Shown: piece by piece, positions 29,486 through 40,560 of the stretch
Numbering within the stretch: the stretch's first letter is position 1
Layout of the letters: every line of letters starts with the position of its first letter
DNA from: a virus
DNA length: 64,000 bases
Direction: 5' to 3' (one strand)
Virus record (IMG/VR): IMGVR_UViG_3300042691_030495
Made by a program: the position numbers and the translations under genes
Notes under the pieces: generated by a model
Told to the model about the DNA's origin: nothing
Database searches by the model: none
The model's input: the letters and a program-made list of their open reading frames with translations, nothing else

Positions 29486-30100
29486 ATGGCAATTACGCCA
29501 GTAATGACAAGTCCAACGATTGTAGGGAAAGCTCTCTACTTGGAACTTGTAAACAATCCAGACGCACCAGAGGGTTCGATTGGTATGTGGCACAAGGACG
29601 CTGTAAAGCAAGTAATCATAATGCCACAACACTTGGACGAAGTTGGTATCGCACAACCAGTTCAGATTTGGGACAGAGTTCTTTCCAAGCACTCTCCAAG
29701 AAGCCAATGGGACGCTAACAGATTTGGCTCTGGCAGATTGGTAAAGAAGTTGGACGAATCCAAACTCGAAGCTGAAACTGGTTATCACATTTCTTACTCA
29801 AGCTACTCGAGTGATGAACTAGCAAGTATGTCGCCAGTTGATAAGCACAACGCAACCATTTACACAATTACTGAAAAGATGAAAAGCTACTTGCTCGACA
29901 ACTATTCCGTGAAAGATGAAAATGGAGAATCTACAATGGTCGCTACCCAGACTTGGGTGGTCAGAGATTCCAAGCCACTTGCTATCGAAATGACTAACGA
30001 GGAACTTGACTTAGCTCGCTCTGGCAAAACACCTCAAGCTGTTATCCGCAGAATCCAAAAGGCAAGATTGTCTGCTGGCTTCCCAGAAAAAATCGTCTAA
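29486..30100 (+). CDS. Hypothetical protein, first gene of the MoxR-vWA operon
   Basis: GAAAGGG SD before MAITPV. Confidence 0.65.
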   Translation: MAITPVMTSPTIVGKALYLELVNNPDAPEGSIGMWHKDAVKQVIIMPQHLDEVGIAQPVQIWDRVLSKHSPRSQWDANRFGSGRLVKKLDESKLEAETGYHISYSSYSSDELASMSPVDKHNATIYTITEKMKSYLLDNYSVKDENGESTMVATQTWVVRDSKPLAIEMTNEELDLARSGKTPQAVIRRIQKARLSAGFPEKIV

Positions 30101-30127
30101 GACAGAAAACGAAAGGACACAATCAAA

Positions 30128-31180
30128 ATGTATCTACAACGAGAAATCGCAAAAGGCACTTACAATCTCAATGGTGTATCAGACATAGACACACTATTCA
30201 GCGAGATTGTTGGAAACGCTGTATTACACACAACAACCCCAACACTTGATTCACTTGTTGGAGTTGGTGGTCGTGCCACGCTAAGGGCAAAGCCAACTGC
30301 TAAGGGTGCTAAAGTTGTATCTGAAACTACAACCCCAGAAACTCCAACAGATTTGGAAATTGTAATGGAAACGACTGAATCACTTTCGGGAGAGGAATCT
30401 TATTCTCGACCAAATGGTGAGGACTACTACGCTCGCAACTGGGGAGAACACACAGACATAGAAGTTCTACGCAAAGCGAGAAAAGCCAACCAGTTTGTAA
30501 TGCTGTATGGAAGTCCAGGAACAGGAAAGACTGCTTGTGTCGAAGCCGCTTTCCCAGACGAACTTTATACAGTTCTTGGTTCGGGCGATACCGAAGTCGC
30601 TGACTTGGTAGGTGGCTATGTCCAAACTCCGAGTGGTGGATTCGAGTGGGTGGACGGAAGTTTAGTCAAAGCCGCTTCCGAGGGCAAAGTTCTACTGATT
30701 GACGAAATTGGTCTGATTGACCCGAAAGTTCTTTCGGTTGTCTATGGACTAATGGACGGCAGAAAAGAAATCACAATCACACAGAATCCAGAGCGAGGCA
30801 CAGTAAAAGCTAAGGACGGATTTTTTGTAGTTGCGGCTACTAATCCAAATGCGGCAGGGGTGCGATTGAGTGAAGCCTTGCTTTCTCGATTTGTTATCCA
30901 AGCTGAAATGACTACTGACTGGTCGCTCGCTAGAAAACTTGGCGTTCCGAATCCTGCCGTAGTTGCTTCACAGAACTTGTCAAAGAAATTGGAAAGTGGT
31001 GAAACTTCTTGGTCGCCTCAAATGCGAGAGCTACTTGCCTTTAGAGATTTGAGCAAGTCGTTTGGAACTAAGTGGGCGATTGAGAATCTACTTGCTTCCG
31101 CACCAGAGATTGACAGACCAGTTGTCCAAGATGTGTTCACTCGAGTATTCGGACAGTCTATCTTGCCAGCAAAGATTTAG
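30128..31180 (+). CDS. MoxR/CbbQ-type AAA+ ATPase
   Basis: Walker A GSPGTGKT, Walker B LLIDEI, AATNP, EALLSRF. Confidence 0.9.
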   Translation: MYLQREIAKGTYNLNGVSDIDTLFSEIVGNAVLHTTTPTLDSLVGVGGRATLRAKPTAKGAKVVSETTTPETPTDLEIVMETTESLSGEESYSRPNGEDYYARNWGEHTDIEVLRKARKANQFVMLYGSPGTGKTACVEAAFPDELYTVLGSGDTEVADLVGGYVQTPSGGFEWVDGSLVKAASEGKVLLIDEIGLIDPKVLSVVYGLMDGRKEITITQNPERGTVKAKDGFFVVAATNPNAAGVRLSEALLSRFVIQAEMTTDWSLARKLGVPNPAVVASQNLSKKLESGETSWSPQMRELLAFRDLSKSFGTKWAIENLLASAPEIDRPVVQDVFTRVFGQSILPAKI

Positions 31181-31316
31181 AGCTAGTGTCCTTGCTCTAA
31201 ACCGAAAGGGGTGGACGCAAGTGATCGTGGAGATAATTCCTAATCGCTTGCGTTCACTCCCAAAGGGAACTACACTTAGGACATAACTAAAAATGCCAAC
31301 GAAAGGGAAAATCAAA

Positions 31317-33161
31317 ATGGCACATTACGGACACAGTAAGAAGTCAAGACTTCGCACCAGAGATAAGAGTTCCAAACCAGAGTGGCTTCGCACTTGCTCG
31401 GAGATTGGATTGGTTGCTAACAACTGGGCGATTCGCTCTGACCTAGTTGTTTACGCAGGGGACGATTCGGCAGAGGGCAAAGCGATTGCCGCTTACTACT
31501 CGGACATTTCAGAAATCGAAGTGGACATAGCACAAGCGTTCGGGAGTGCGACTACTCCTGAAATGGTTGGCAACTTTACTCAAAGGGCAACACAATTCGA
31601 GTTCCCAAATGCGACAGGCGTGATTTATCACGAAGCACTACACGCTCGCTTTACTGCTTGGGACACGAACTATCTGGCAAGTCTGCTCGACCCAAATGAG
31701 CAAAAAGCATTTATGTTGCTCGAGGAATCTCGAATCGAAAAGCGTGGAGTAATTGAGCGACCAGAGAATCGTTTATTCTTACGCTCGTCTGCTTTACACT
31801 TGGCACTCGAGGACGCTGACCCTGAAACACTTTCCGCTATGGGAGATGTTTGGCAGGGTGCGTTTGTGTCTGCCCTATCGCTCGCTCGTTATGACGCAGG
31901 AGTTTTGGACGCTGATGATGTGGCAGAGCTTTACACTTCACTCACTTCGATTCTTGGTATGGAACTTTACAGAGAGCTACGAAAGATTTGGGTGGAGTTC
32001 CAATCGCTAAATGTAAGTCAGGCTGACAAGGGTGCTGACCTTGCTAAGAAGTGGGTGGAGTTGTTGCGACAGGCTGACCCAGAGGGAGAGCCTGAAATGG
32101 GCGAGGGCGTAATGTCAGAGCCAAGCGAGGGCGAATCTGGTGAGAGCGAATCGAAAGAATCAAAAGGTTCTGGTGCTATGGCAAAGGCTCTCGAATCACT
32201 TGAGAAGTCTGCTATGGAAACTGAACTAAACACTTCGGACGATTTGGCTGACCAAGAGCGAAATGAAAAGTGGCAGGACGAAGCGAAAGCTCGACAAGAG
32301 CAAAGCAAGAACAACGACCAGAAACGCAAAATGACTGCCAAAGTTTTTGACAAGACAACTGACCCAATGGGTTCTGGCTCGGCTTCTCGACTACAAGAAA
32401 AGCGTTCGCCAACTGCCAACGAGAGAGCGAGTGCTGTCAAGATTGGTCAGATGTTAGACAAGGCAAAGTATCGTGAGCGTTCACTCCACGAAAGAAAATC
32501 AGTCTTGCCAGAGGGAAAGCTAAAGGCTCGAGTGGCTGTCCAAAATGCGGCTCTAAAGTCTATGGGTATCCAATCCAACCAGCCAGCGTGGAGAAAGAAA
32601 GTTCGCAAACACACGGACGACCCAACACTAAGGCTCGGAGTTATGGTGGACATTTCTGGTTCTATGAGTTCCGCTATGGAAGCTATGGCAACTACGGCGT
32701 GGGTAATGGGTGAAGCAGGACACCGAATCCAAGCTAAGACGGCTATGGTGTATTACGGCTCGGGCGTATTCCCAACACTTCGAGTTGGACAACGGCTCGC
32801 TGATGTATCTGTCTATTCCGCACCTGACGGCACGGAGAAGTTTGACGAAGCGTGGCAAGCACTAGACGGAGAAGTGCGACTGACTTCCAATGACGGAGTG
32901 CGTATGTTGGTAATCGTATCGGACGGAAACTACACGCTCTCCCAATCTCAAAGTGCGATAGACGCACTTACGGAGTGTAAGCGAAACGGCGTGGCTGTCT
33001 TGTGGATTACACCGAGAGGTTGTATGGATTATGGTGCGAGAAACATTATCGGGCAAGCGGCGTGGGGAGTTCACCTGACCGAGATGAACACGGACGAGAT
33101 TGCTATGAGTGTTGGTAAATCCGCAACGGACGCTCTCAATAGAGTTGGTAGTCAAGCCTGA
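31317..33161 (+). CDS. vWA-domain protein with N-terminal HExxH metallopeptidase-like (CobT-like) domain
   Basis: HEALH...LLEESRIE; acidic linker; MIDAS DISGS...T...VIVSDG. Confidence 0.85.
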   Translation: MAHYGHSKKSRLRTRDKSSKPEWLRTCSEIGLVANNWAIRSDLVVYAGDDSAEGKAIAAYYSDISEIEVDIAQAFGSATTPEMVGNFTQRATQFEFPNATGVIYHEALHARFTAWDTNYLASLLDPNEQKAFMLLEESRIEKRGVIERPENRLFLRSSALHLALEDADPETLSAMGDVWQGAFVSALSLARYDAGVLDADDVAELYTSLTSILGMELYRELRKIWVEFQSLNVSQADKGADLAKKWVELLRQADPEGEPEMGEGVMSEPSEGESGESESKESKGSGAMAKALESLEKSAMETELNTSDDLADQERNEKWQDEAKARQEQSKNNDQKRKMTAKVFDKTTDPMGSGSASRLQEKRSPTANERASAVKIGQMLDKAKYRERSLHERKSVLPEGKLKARVAVQNAALKSMGIQSNQPAWRKKVRKHTDDPTLRLGVMVDISGSMSSAMEAMATTAWVMGEAGHRIQAKTAMVYYGSGVFPTLRVGQRLADVSVYSAPDGTEKFDEAWQALDGEVRLTSNDGVRMLVIVSDGNYTLSQSQSAIDALTECKRNGVAVLWITPRGCMDYGARNIIGQAAWGVHLTEMNTDEIAMSVGKSATDALNRVGSQA

Positions 33162-33173
33162 TTACCTAACGGA

Positions 33174-33298
33174 GTGCTTGCTCGAGGGTTGAGCGAAAGT
33201 CGGGAGTTACCCCCTTTCACCCGATACTAGTTCCCCAAGAGCAAGACACTAGAAGCCCCGCTGGTTCTTTCCCCCCTTTAGTTGCCAGCGGGGTTTCG
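33174..33298 (+). terminator. Structured 3' region and terminator with C-rich loops
   Basis: TCGGG/CCCGA and GCCCCGCTGG/CCAGCGGGGT stems. Confidence 0.65.
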
Positions 33299-33421
33299 CA
33301 TACCCCAGGACGATCGAGGATCGTGAGAAGTTGCCGGGCGAATTTAAAATATTGTTGCCAGGTTGTTGACTCGCCGGTGCAGCCGGGGTAAACTGAGATC
33401 GTCTAAAGAAAGGGAGGACAC

Positions 33422-34592
33422 ATGTCAGTAATAATCATCGAACACGCGCAGAATGGGTACGAGTGCCACAAGGTTGACTGCCGCGATTTAGCTAAAAAGG
33501 ATCACAAGATAAACCATTCCTGGGAAGAAGAAAACCTGGAGATTGCTGAAAAGAATTTCAATGAGGACCTCAGTGTCGAGAATGGGTACGAAGAGCCTTG
33601 GGTCTGGGCTGACCACGTAAGGGTCTACCCTTGCGCGAAAGGCTAGTCCAGGCAGCACAAACTACAGCAGCAAAAATAAAGGCCTCCCCTGGCGGGAGGT
33701 CTTTACTTTTATGGATCAAAAAAATTCTTGCGACACGCCTTGACTTGTCAGTCATACCTGCTAAAGTTGGAGTATCCAAATTGGATACAAGAAAGAAAAG
33801 GGGCAACAAAATGGACATAGAAAACCTAGACGCAAAAGATGTAGCAATTATGACTATGGGTGCGATTGGGGCGACTGTCGAGATGTATGTCGAACAAGGC
33901 TACGCTGACCCAGCTCTCTACAAGCTGGTCGAGTTTATCGAGGGACTGTCAGTAAACCTAGAGTTTCCAGAACTCACAGAGCGTCTTACAGTTCTAAAAC
34001 TACAAACAGGCGAAGCTGTCAATGAATACATTGACACACACGGCTTGTCAGTCAAGAAAGATGAGTGGTCAAAGTGAAGTCAAAAGAATACGAGTTCAAT
34101 GTCTATGTGGTGGACGGCATGGTTCGCCTATCGGCTTACGAGATGAAGTATCTGGACAACCCGGAGAACCAGGAGCCGGCCGAGACAAACGGCGACAAGT
34201 TTATAACGCTGGTGATTCCAATGAACATGGACCATTTCGGCGAGGTTGCTTACTTGCTCGAGAATCCGAAGTGGCATGTGCCGAAAGAGAAACCAGAAAT
34301 GGCGGACGGCACGGAGCCTACTGAACTAGACCTACGGGCGGAAGCGATAGAGGGCTGGCAAGACTACGATTCCTGGGAGGGTGGCGAGGATTGGTATAAC
34401 GGCCTCCCGACACAACGGCTCAAGGATTGGGTAGACGGCTTGCCTGAATACGAACCGGAGCCATCTCACGAGTGGAGCATGACGACTACGGAGGTGTTTG
34501 ACCAGCTACGGCGCTCGCCAGAACGGCCTGTCTATGCGGATGTCAAGTGCCTAAACTGTGATGAAACTTACCAGGTTGGCAAGGTGTGGTAG
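33422..34592 (+). CDS. Three hypothetical early genes (33422-33646, ~33811-34077, 34065-34592)
   Basis: Promoter and SD-led ORFs. Confidence 0.6.
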
Positions 34593-34647
34593 TTGCGAAA
34601 AGCAACGGGCACGCTATAGACTGAACACACCTAACGGAAAGGGAATT

Positions 34648-34947
34648 ATGAAATTCAATGAAGCACTTGGCGAGGTGATCCGCGAGGAACGAATATCGCA
34701 GGGAAGAACGCTAAGAGAGGTTTCGGGTAAAGGGTCGCTATCACTAGGACACTTATGCGATACCGAACGCGGCGTTAAAGAGCCTTCTTCAAAAATAATC
34801 GAAGCTATCGCTATAGGACTTGGTAAAAGTCCACACGAATTAATCCTGGAAACTGGACTAAAAATGTATCGAGAGTCAACGCCAGAAGTTTTGTTCGCGC
34901 CTAGAAGTTTTGAGTGGATCGATCAATATTCAGATCTAGTGAAATAA
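34648..34947 (+). CDS. XRE-family HTH regulator, ClgR-like
   Basis: LGEVIREERISQGRTLREVS....SLGHL...ERGVKEPSS resembles the actinobacterial ClgR HTH. Confidence 0.7.
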   Translation: MKFNEALGEVIREERISQGRTLREVSGKGSLSLGHLCDTERGVKEPSSKIIEAIAIGLGKSPHELILETGLKMYRESTPEVLFAPRSFEWIDQYSDLVK

Positions 34948-35021
34948 TTTTCCGAATCTAACGCAAAATGTCTTAGGACTATGCTACGATTTAGATACCC
35001 AAGAGAAAGGGAGAAATAAAA

Positions 35022-35540
35022 ATGGGTATGGATGTTTATGGCAAGAAACCAACCAACGAGGTTGGCGAGTATTTTCGTAGAAATGTTTGGGGCTGGCGAC
35101 CTCTATGGCAGTATGTCGAGGACAATCACTCAGAGATTGCTGCTCTTGTGGAATACGCTCAGTCGAACGATGGCGATGGACTCAACGAAACAAAAAGCAA
35201 ATTGCTCTCAAAACTACTCAGGGAAGACTTGGCTAGTGGTAAGGCACAAGCTTACATAGATTCTAGAAACAAGTATCTTGCGAGTCTGCCTTTAGAGCAT
35301 TGCGATTTGTGTGATGGAACTGGAATCAGAACTGATGAGGTTGGTGTCAGTAATGGTATGCCAGAGCGAGAACTGTCGCCAGAGATGGCGAGCATTATTG
35401 GGCGAGCCAAGGGCTACTGTAATGGTTGTCACGGCGAGGGAACTAAAGTTGCTTGGGACACTCACTACTCAGTAGACTTAGAGGACCTAGAAGAGTTTGC
35501 CGACTTCCTAGAGAGCTGTGGTGGATTCGAGATTTGTTAG
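35022..35540 (+). CDS. Hypothetical phage protein with DnaJ-like CxxCxGxG zinc motifs
   Basis: MGMDVYG...YFRRNVWGWRPLW...CDLCDGTG...CNGCHGEG...CGGFEIC. Confidence 0.65.
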   Translation: MGMDVYGKKPTNEVGEYFRRNVWGWRPLWQYVEDNHSEIAALVEYAQSNDGDGLNETKSKLLSKLLREDLASGKAQAYIDSRNKYLASLPLEHCDLCDGTGIRTDEVGVSNGMPERELSPEMASIIGRAKGYCNGCHGEGTKVAWDTHYSVDLEDLEEFADFLESCGGFEIC

Positions 35541-35554
35541 CCCCCCTAACAAAA

Positions 35555-35655
35555 CAACCTGAGTAAGTTGTAAAACTGCTCATAGACTTAGGGAAAGACC
35601 CCTGCTTAGCAGGTTCAACGCCCGAAGCAACCTGAGCAAGTTGTAAAACTGCTCA
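35555..35655 (+). repeat. 28-bp direct repeat (35555-35582, 35628-35655), pseudoknot-compatible
   Basis: CAACCTGAG(T/C)AAGTTGTAAAACTGCTCA twice with a 45-nt spacer. Confidence 0.8.
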
Positions 35656-35796
35656 CTAAACTTTTACCGGCGGTTACCGGCTCCGGTGGATCTAAAATTT
35701 TGTTACTAATTTGTTATCGCGATTAGCGCGTGTTTGTCGGTGGCTGCCGCTAAACTAAAAACAAGTCCAACCAGGGTGGTTGGCAAAAGGGGAATA

Positions 35797-38700
35797 ATGC
35801 TAAAGATCGGAACTAAAGTTTTTGTGGCAGAACACAAGAGCATAGTTGGACGTGTGGCAAACTTCGATGTTGAAGAAGGATACGTTTACGTCAGGACAAC
35901 TGATAACAACGTGATTTGGATTCACCAAGATAAACTGGTAGTATCTAATCAAGAAGGGGAGGTGTGAGATGGAAGAATGGACAAATGGTAGCCTAATCAA
36001 CACAGAGGCTATTGAGGCTCTAACACCAGAGCAAATAAAACAGCTGGAAGAAATTTTAGCTAAGCTCTAAGCTTTATGGATAGCCCCCCGAAAGGGGGGT
36101 TATTTTTTTGCCGGATCCGGCGCTCCGGTGATCCAAATTTTGTTATGGATTTGTTATTAAAATGTCCTCACTTTTGTCGGCGGTATAGGGTAAAGTGAAT
36201 TATGGAATTAGGATTCTACAAAGTACAAAGATAGGTAATTCTAGAAGTAGATGAAATGCCTTCTCCTAATACCAAACTAAAAACTAGACAAAGGGGAAAC
36301 AAATGGAAAAAGACTCAAGAGTGGCAACAGTTTCAGAGCTACCGAAATGCGATTTCTGCGGGGGTAGCGCTAGATACGATGGTGCAACTAAACTAGGCCC
36401 GTGGGCCTTTATGTGCCAAACAGACTGGCTAGCGAATGGCGTTGGGCTAGGATTAGGTAAAGGGCAATTACTACTAAAAGAAAAGGGAAACTAATGAACG
36501 AGATAAATGTTTATGGAACAACTTACTCACGCGAATACATTGAGAGTCAAGTGGAGGGCTACAAAAAGATGAGAGCCGATTTGGCTAATGGAACAATTAC
36601 GCCCCGCCGTGTAGTTGGAACAGGATACAAAAACAGCCGCATGGTTGCGGAAGTGTGGATAGGCGAAAACATCGCCAGATACGAAACACTAAAAGCAGTA
36701 ATGGATTCAGCCTTGACACCAAGTGTCAAGTAGTGGACAATTAGAAACACAACAGAAAGGGAAATGAAATGGCTACAACAGTTGGAGATTTGATCAAGAG
36801 TCTACAGACAGTGGACCCTAATACCCCCGTGGTATTTCAGTACTTGCTACCGGAACACACAGACTACACAACCAAAAAGTTTGCGAAACTAAGTGAAGCA
36901 TTAGAGTACACCAGTTTCGCGGATGAAATGTCTAGAGAGTTTACAGGCTGGCTAGAAGAAATGGAGACAGTCTAATGAGCTGGCTTGTTGACTTAGTCTC
37001 AGAGCGTGGCTTGAATACAGTAATGGCTACCGTGGAAGCAGAAACAACAGTTTCGGCTTATCTGTTGCTTGAGGATGAAAACTTTCTTGTCGCGCTAAGA
37101 AGCGTTGAGACTTTAGAAGGTCTTATTGATTGGGTAAACGAAAACTACTAGCGCCGCGCGCTTGACAACTGCCGGCCAGTGGCGTATTCTTTAGACAAAG
37201 GGAAAGGGATCAGAAAATGGCAAAGAAACACATTCATCAATTCCAATGGGGAGCTTGCGCGATCTGTGGCAAAGTTGTCAACAAAGGTCTTGGAGTGGAT
37301 CTACTCAAAGGAAAAAAAGTTTAAGACACACGTGAGCTAACAGCAACGAATGTGGTACAGTTCAAATGCAACACAAAACTAAACGAAAGGGAGAATCAAA
37401 TGGGAAGAATGTATGCCGAAGGCATAGCAGAATCAGAAATACCTCTAGAGCAACAGATAGAGTGGCACCTAAAGGGTAATCACTATCCTCCGGTCCCGAA
37501 GTCCATGGTCAAGCCTTGTATGGAAGCTATTGAAGCTTGCAACGAAGAAGATTGGAACAGGGAAATTGCAATGCCCGAGGGAGTTCTTTACCGAGGCTTG
37601 ACTTTTGCTCCGGCCTCAGCTATTGTGGAAGCACATCACTTAGATACTTGGATTACAAACGAAGGGGATTACTAAAATGGGAAACAGGGCTTACATTCAG
37701 ATTGACAGCAAGAATCTAGACTTACCAATTATTCTTTATGGACACTGGTCAGGCGATGATAACCTTACTGCCGTAAAAAATGTTTTAGCTAGGACAACTA
37801 GGATTGGCGACCCTAGCTATCTTGTGGCTCAGATTTTTTATGAGTTCGCGACTCTAGGCAACTACGATGGTGAGTTGTCTTTCGGTATTGAAGTTGGACA
37901 GCTAGCAGGTGGCGAAATGGCAGATGTGCCAAATGTCTATGTTCACGCCGATAGTGGAGCGTATTCTTATTGCGACAAGGTGTATACTGAGTTTGTCCGA
38001 TACCCCGCGGTAGTTGGATTCTAGGTTTCAGCTTGAGTTGAGCTTGCTCCTCAGGCTGGAAGCGGATTAGGTATTATCCCCCTTTTACCTAATCCAAGGC
38101 GGTAGTGGATTCCCCCAATTCACTACCGCCAAAACTTTTTTTGGATCCATAAGATTCCGGTGTGGATACTTGACAAATGTCAGTAGCTACTAGTAGGGTT
38201 CTATTACCTAATGAAAGGGGTAAGTAAATGCTAAAGACAACTTGCTATAAATGCGACAAAGAGATAGAAGTTTTGAGCGACAGGGTAGTTCACCCTTTAT
38301 GCGGTGAGTGTCAAGAAAGTTTTGATGATTGGTTTCAGCGAGAGCTAAATGCGATTGAGCGGTGTGGTAAATGAGCAAAATAGAAACTTGCCGTAAAGGT
38401 CATTCAAGAATTAATCTTTACACTACAACACCAAGTGGAGTTCGATACTGTAAAGACTGTAATTCAATTAGGCAGGGCGCTTGGAGAGCTAAGACTGGTA
38501 GAGTAAGCAAAACTAATTCAAAATACGCCGAAGTCTATGACGCAAACGTTAGGATTACAATTGCTAATCTAGAGAAGCGAGTAACACAGATACAAAAGCA
38601 AATTGCCAAACACAAGGCACGAGTAGAGAGGGGTGAAACTGTTGAGTAAGCAAGTCTATTTTGTAGTTGGTGTGGACTTAGACTCCAAAGAGCCGTTTAT

Positions 38701-39898
38701 AGATGATGACACTTTTACAGCTAGGTTTAGCAAGAGTGAGCAAGTTTGGGACACCGAATTAAATGAATGGGTGAACGACCCCGAGCTGGAGCTCTATGCG
38801 GAAGCTCTAGAGATTCTAAACAAGAAGAGGCCGCGAGATGATTGAGTTTGGGCCGGCCGACAGTAGATCTAGAAGGCTTAGTCTTCCCGAGTTAATAACT
38901 AAAGTGGTTACATACAAAGAGCTTGACTTAGAAGTTAGATATCAGATTAGCTTTACTGGCGAGCGCTTAAGGGTAGAGTCAATGGAAGTTTCGGGAGCGT
39001 CTGGAATTACTACTGCCGCGCTAACTAAACTAAAGATTCCCGAGATTCTTAGAAGCCTGGTCTATGAGTACAACCCCTGGCTACATAACTTAATAGCTAG
39101 TGGGGACACTAACAAAGTATCCCTGGCACAGCTTTACTGGGCAGAGTATGCTTGCCAGGGTAGCCCGCGCCTGGTGGTAAAGAATCAGATTGGTAAGGCT
39201 ACAAACACTACTAACTATCACCTTAGAAAATTCGAGGCCAGTGGTCTAATCCCCAAAGATCGACAATCGCCGGCCCCGCGAGCGCGACACGCCTAAAACA
39301 AATGCTGGAAAATGTCGGTAGGTTTTGCTAGATTGGTCTTGTAAGCAAGTTGCTTACAGTTAGGGGTAAAAATGTCAAATGTTCCAATGTCAATGAGTTA
39401 TGCGTATGAGCGAGTTATGGCACTAGCAGGGGGCGAACAAGAATACAGCGACAGCAGTAAGTCAGCGATTTGGCGTGAGATTTCAACTAACCAAGAAATT
39501 AGAAACTTGTCGCTTAGATACTTGTATGGAGATTCATACAAAGCTAAACTAAACTTAGAGCGACTAGACACAAAGCTAGTGGAAGTATTTTCGATAGGGG
39601 TAAGAGCGTGAAGCGACTAACACCATACCAAAAGCGTCAACGAGCTGGGAAGCGTGAGTGGGCTAAGTTTCAGAAGTATAGGTTTCACTACCAACACCTA
39701 GCAACCCTGTTTTCAGGTTTCGCTGTATGCGGTGGTTTTCTTTTGGTTATGGGTTTTATCAAAGGCAACCATACCGTAGTGGAGATTATTGCCGCCTATG
39801 GTTTGACTACCCTTGTTGGGGTATTTCTAAGCCTTAGGGAGTATTTTGTAGTCAAGTCAAGCTGGCGTTATTGGAAGCTAAGGATCCAAAATAATTAG
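35797..39898 (+). CDS. Array of small early hypothetical genes (e.g. 36303-36494, 36494-36733, 36769-36975, 36975-37151, 37400-37675, 37677-38024, 38371-38649, 38633-38845, 38838-39296, 39372-39611, 39608-39898)
   Basis: Short promoter-gene(s)-terminator cassettes with strong AAAGGG SDs. Confidence 0.6.
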
Positions 39899-39975
39899 TT
39901 GACACGCTGGAGTTTTTAGTAGTTCTATGCTACTGTTTTAGTATCTGGAAATGCCAGATAGATAAGGGGCAACAA

Positions 39976-40341
39976 ATGAACAAGGCATTAGAAGTAAGTT
40001 CAAAGGGTGAAGTTCGGGAGTATGACATTACCGAGGGTTCGCTAGAGAAGCTACAGAGTTCTGTAGACGGTTTGATAGAAGCAATAGCTATCAACGATGT
40101 AATCACAATGTGGGTCAATGAGGAGTTTCTGTTCAAAGCAGAGCTAGACCCTAACCCTATGGCAACAGCGTTCTTCGAGTCTGTTGGTGGAACTTATCCG
40201 ATACACGGAACTGTAGTTTTCACTGGTGGGTTTGATGAAGAGGGAGCAACACTAGGACTTAGCAACACCGACCTAGACAAGCTACAAAGAATCTCCGAGT
40301 CTATGCGAGAGTCTATGAAGCAGTTCGGTTATGTGAGCTAA
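39976..40341 (+). CDS. DUF3846-family protein
   Basis: LEKLQSSVDGLIEAI...MWVNEE...NPMAT...IHGTVVFTG. Confidence 0.7.
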   Translation: MNKALEVSSKGEVREYDITEGSLEKLQSSVDGLIEAIAINDVITMWVNEEFLFKAELDPNPMATAFFESVGGTYPIHGTVVFTGGFDEEGATLGLSNTDLDKLQRISESMRESMKQFGYVS

Positions 40342-40560
40342 ACTAAAAAGCCTAAGCCCCCTAATAATCTCGACCTGAGAGTCAGATTAGGGGGTTTAAC
40401 TTTTGCCTGGATCCTGGATCGATCAAGTGGCAAATTTTTGTTACCAACTTGTTATCAAAATAAGTTCACTTTTGTCGGGGGTAGAGATTAGACTACTAGG
40501 GTAGTCAGGAAGTCAAGGTGACCGAGGGCTACAAGACCTTTGGGTCAGAAGGGGGCAGAA

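Noticed and set aside
35555-35655. Mini CRISPR array (repeat-spacer-repeat)
   Set aside because: Only two repeats, no recognisable CRISPR repeat ends, no cas genes; the pairing pattern fits a pseudoknot better.
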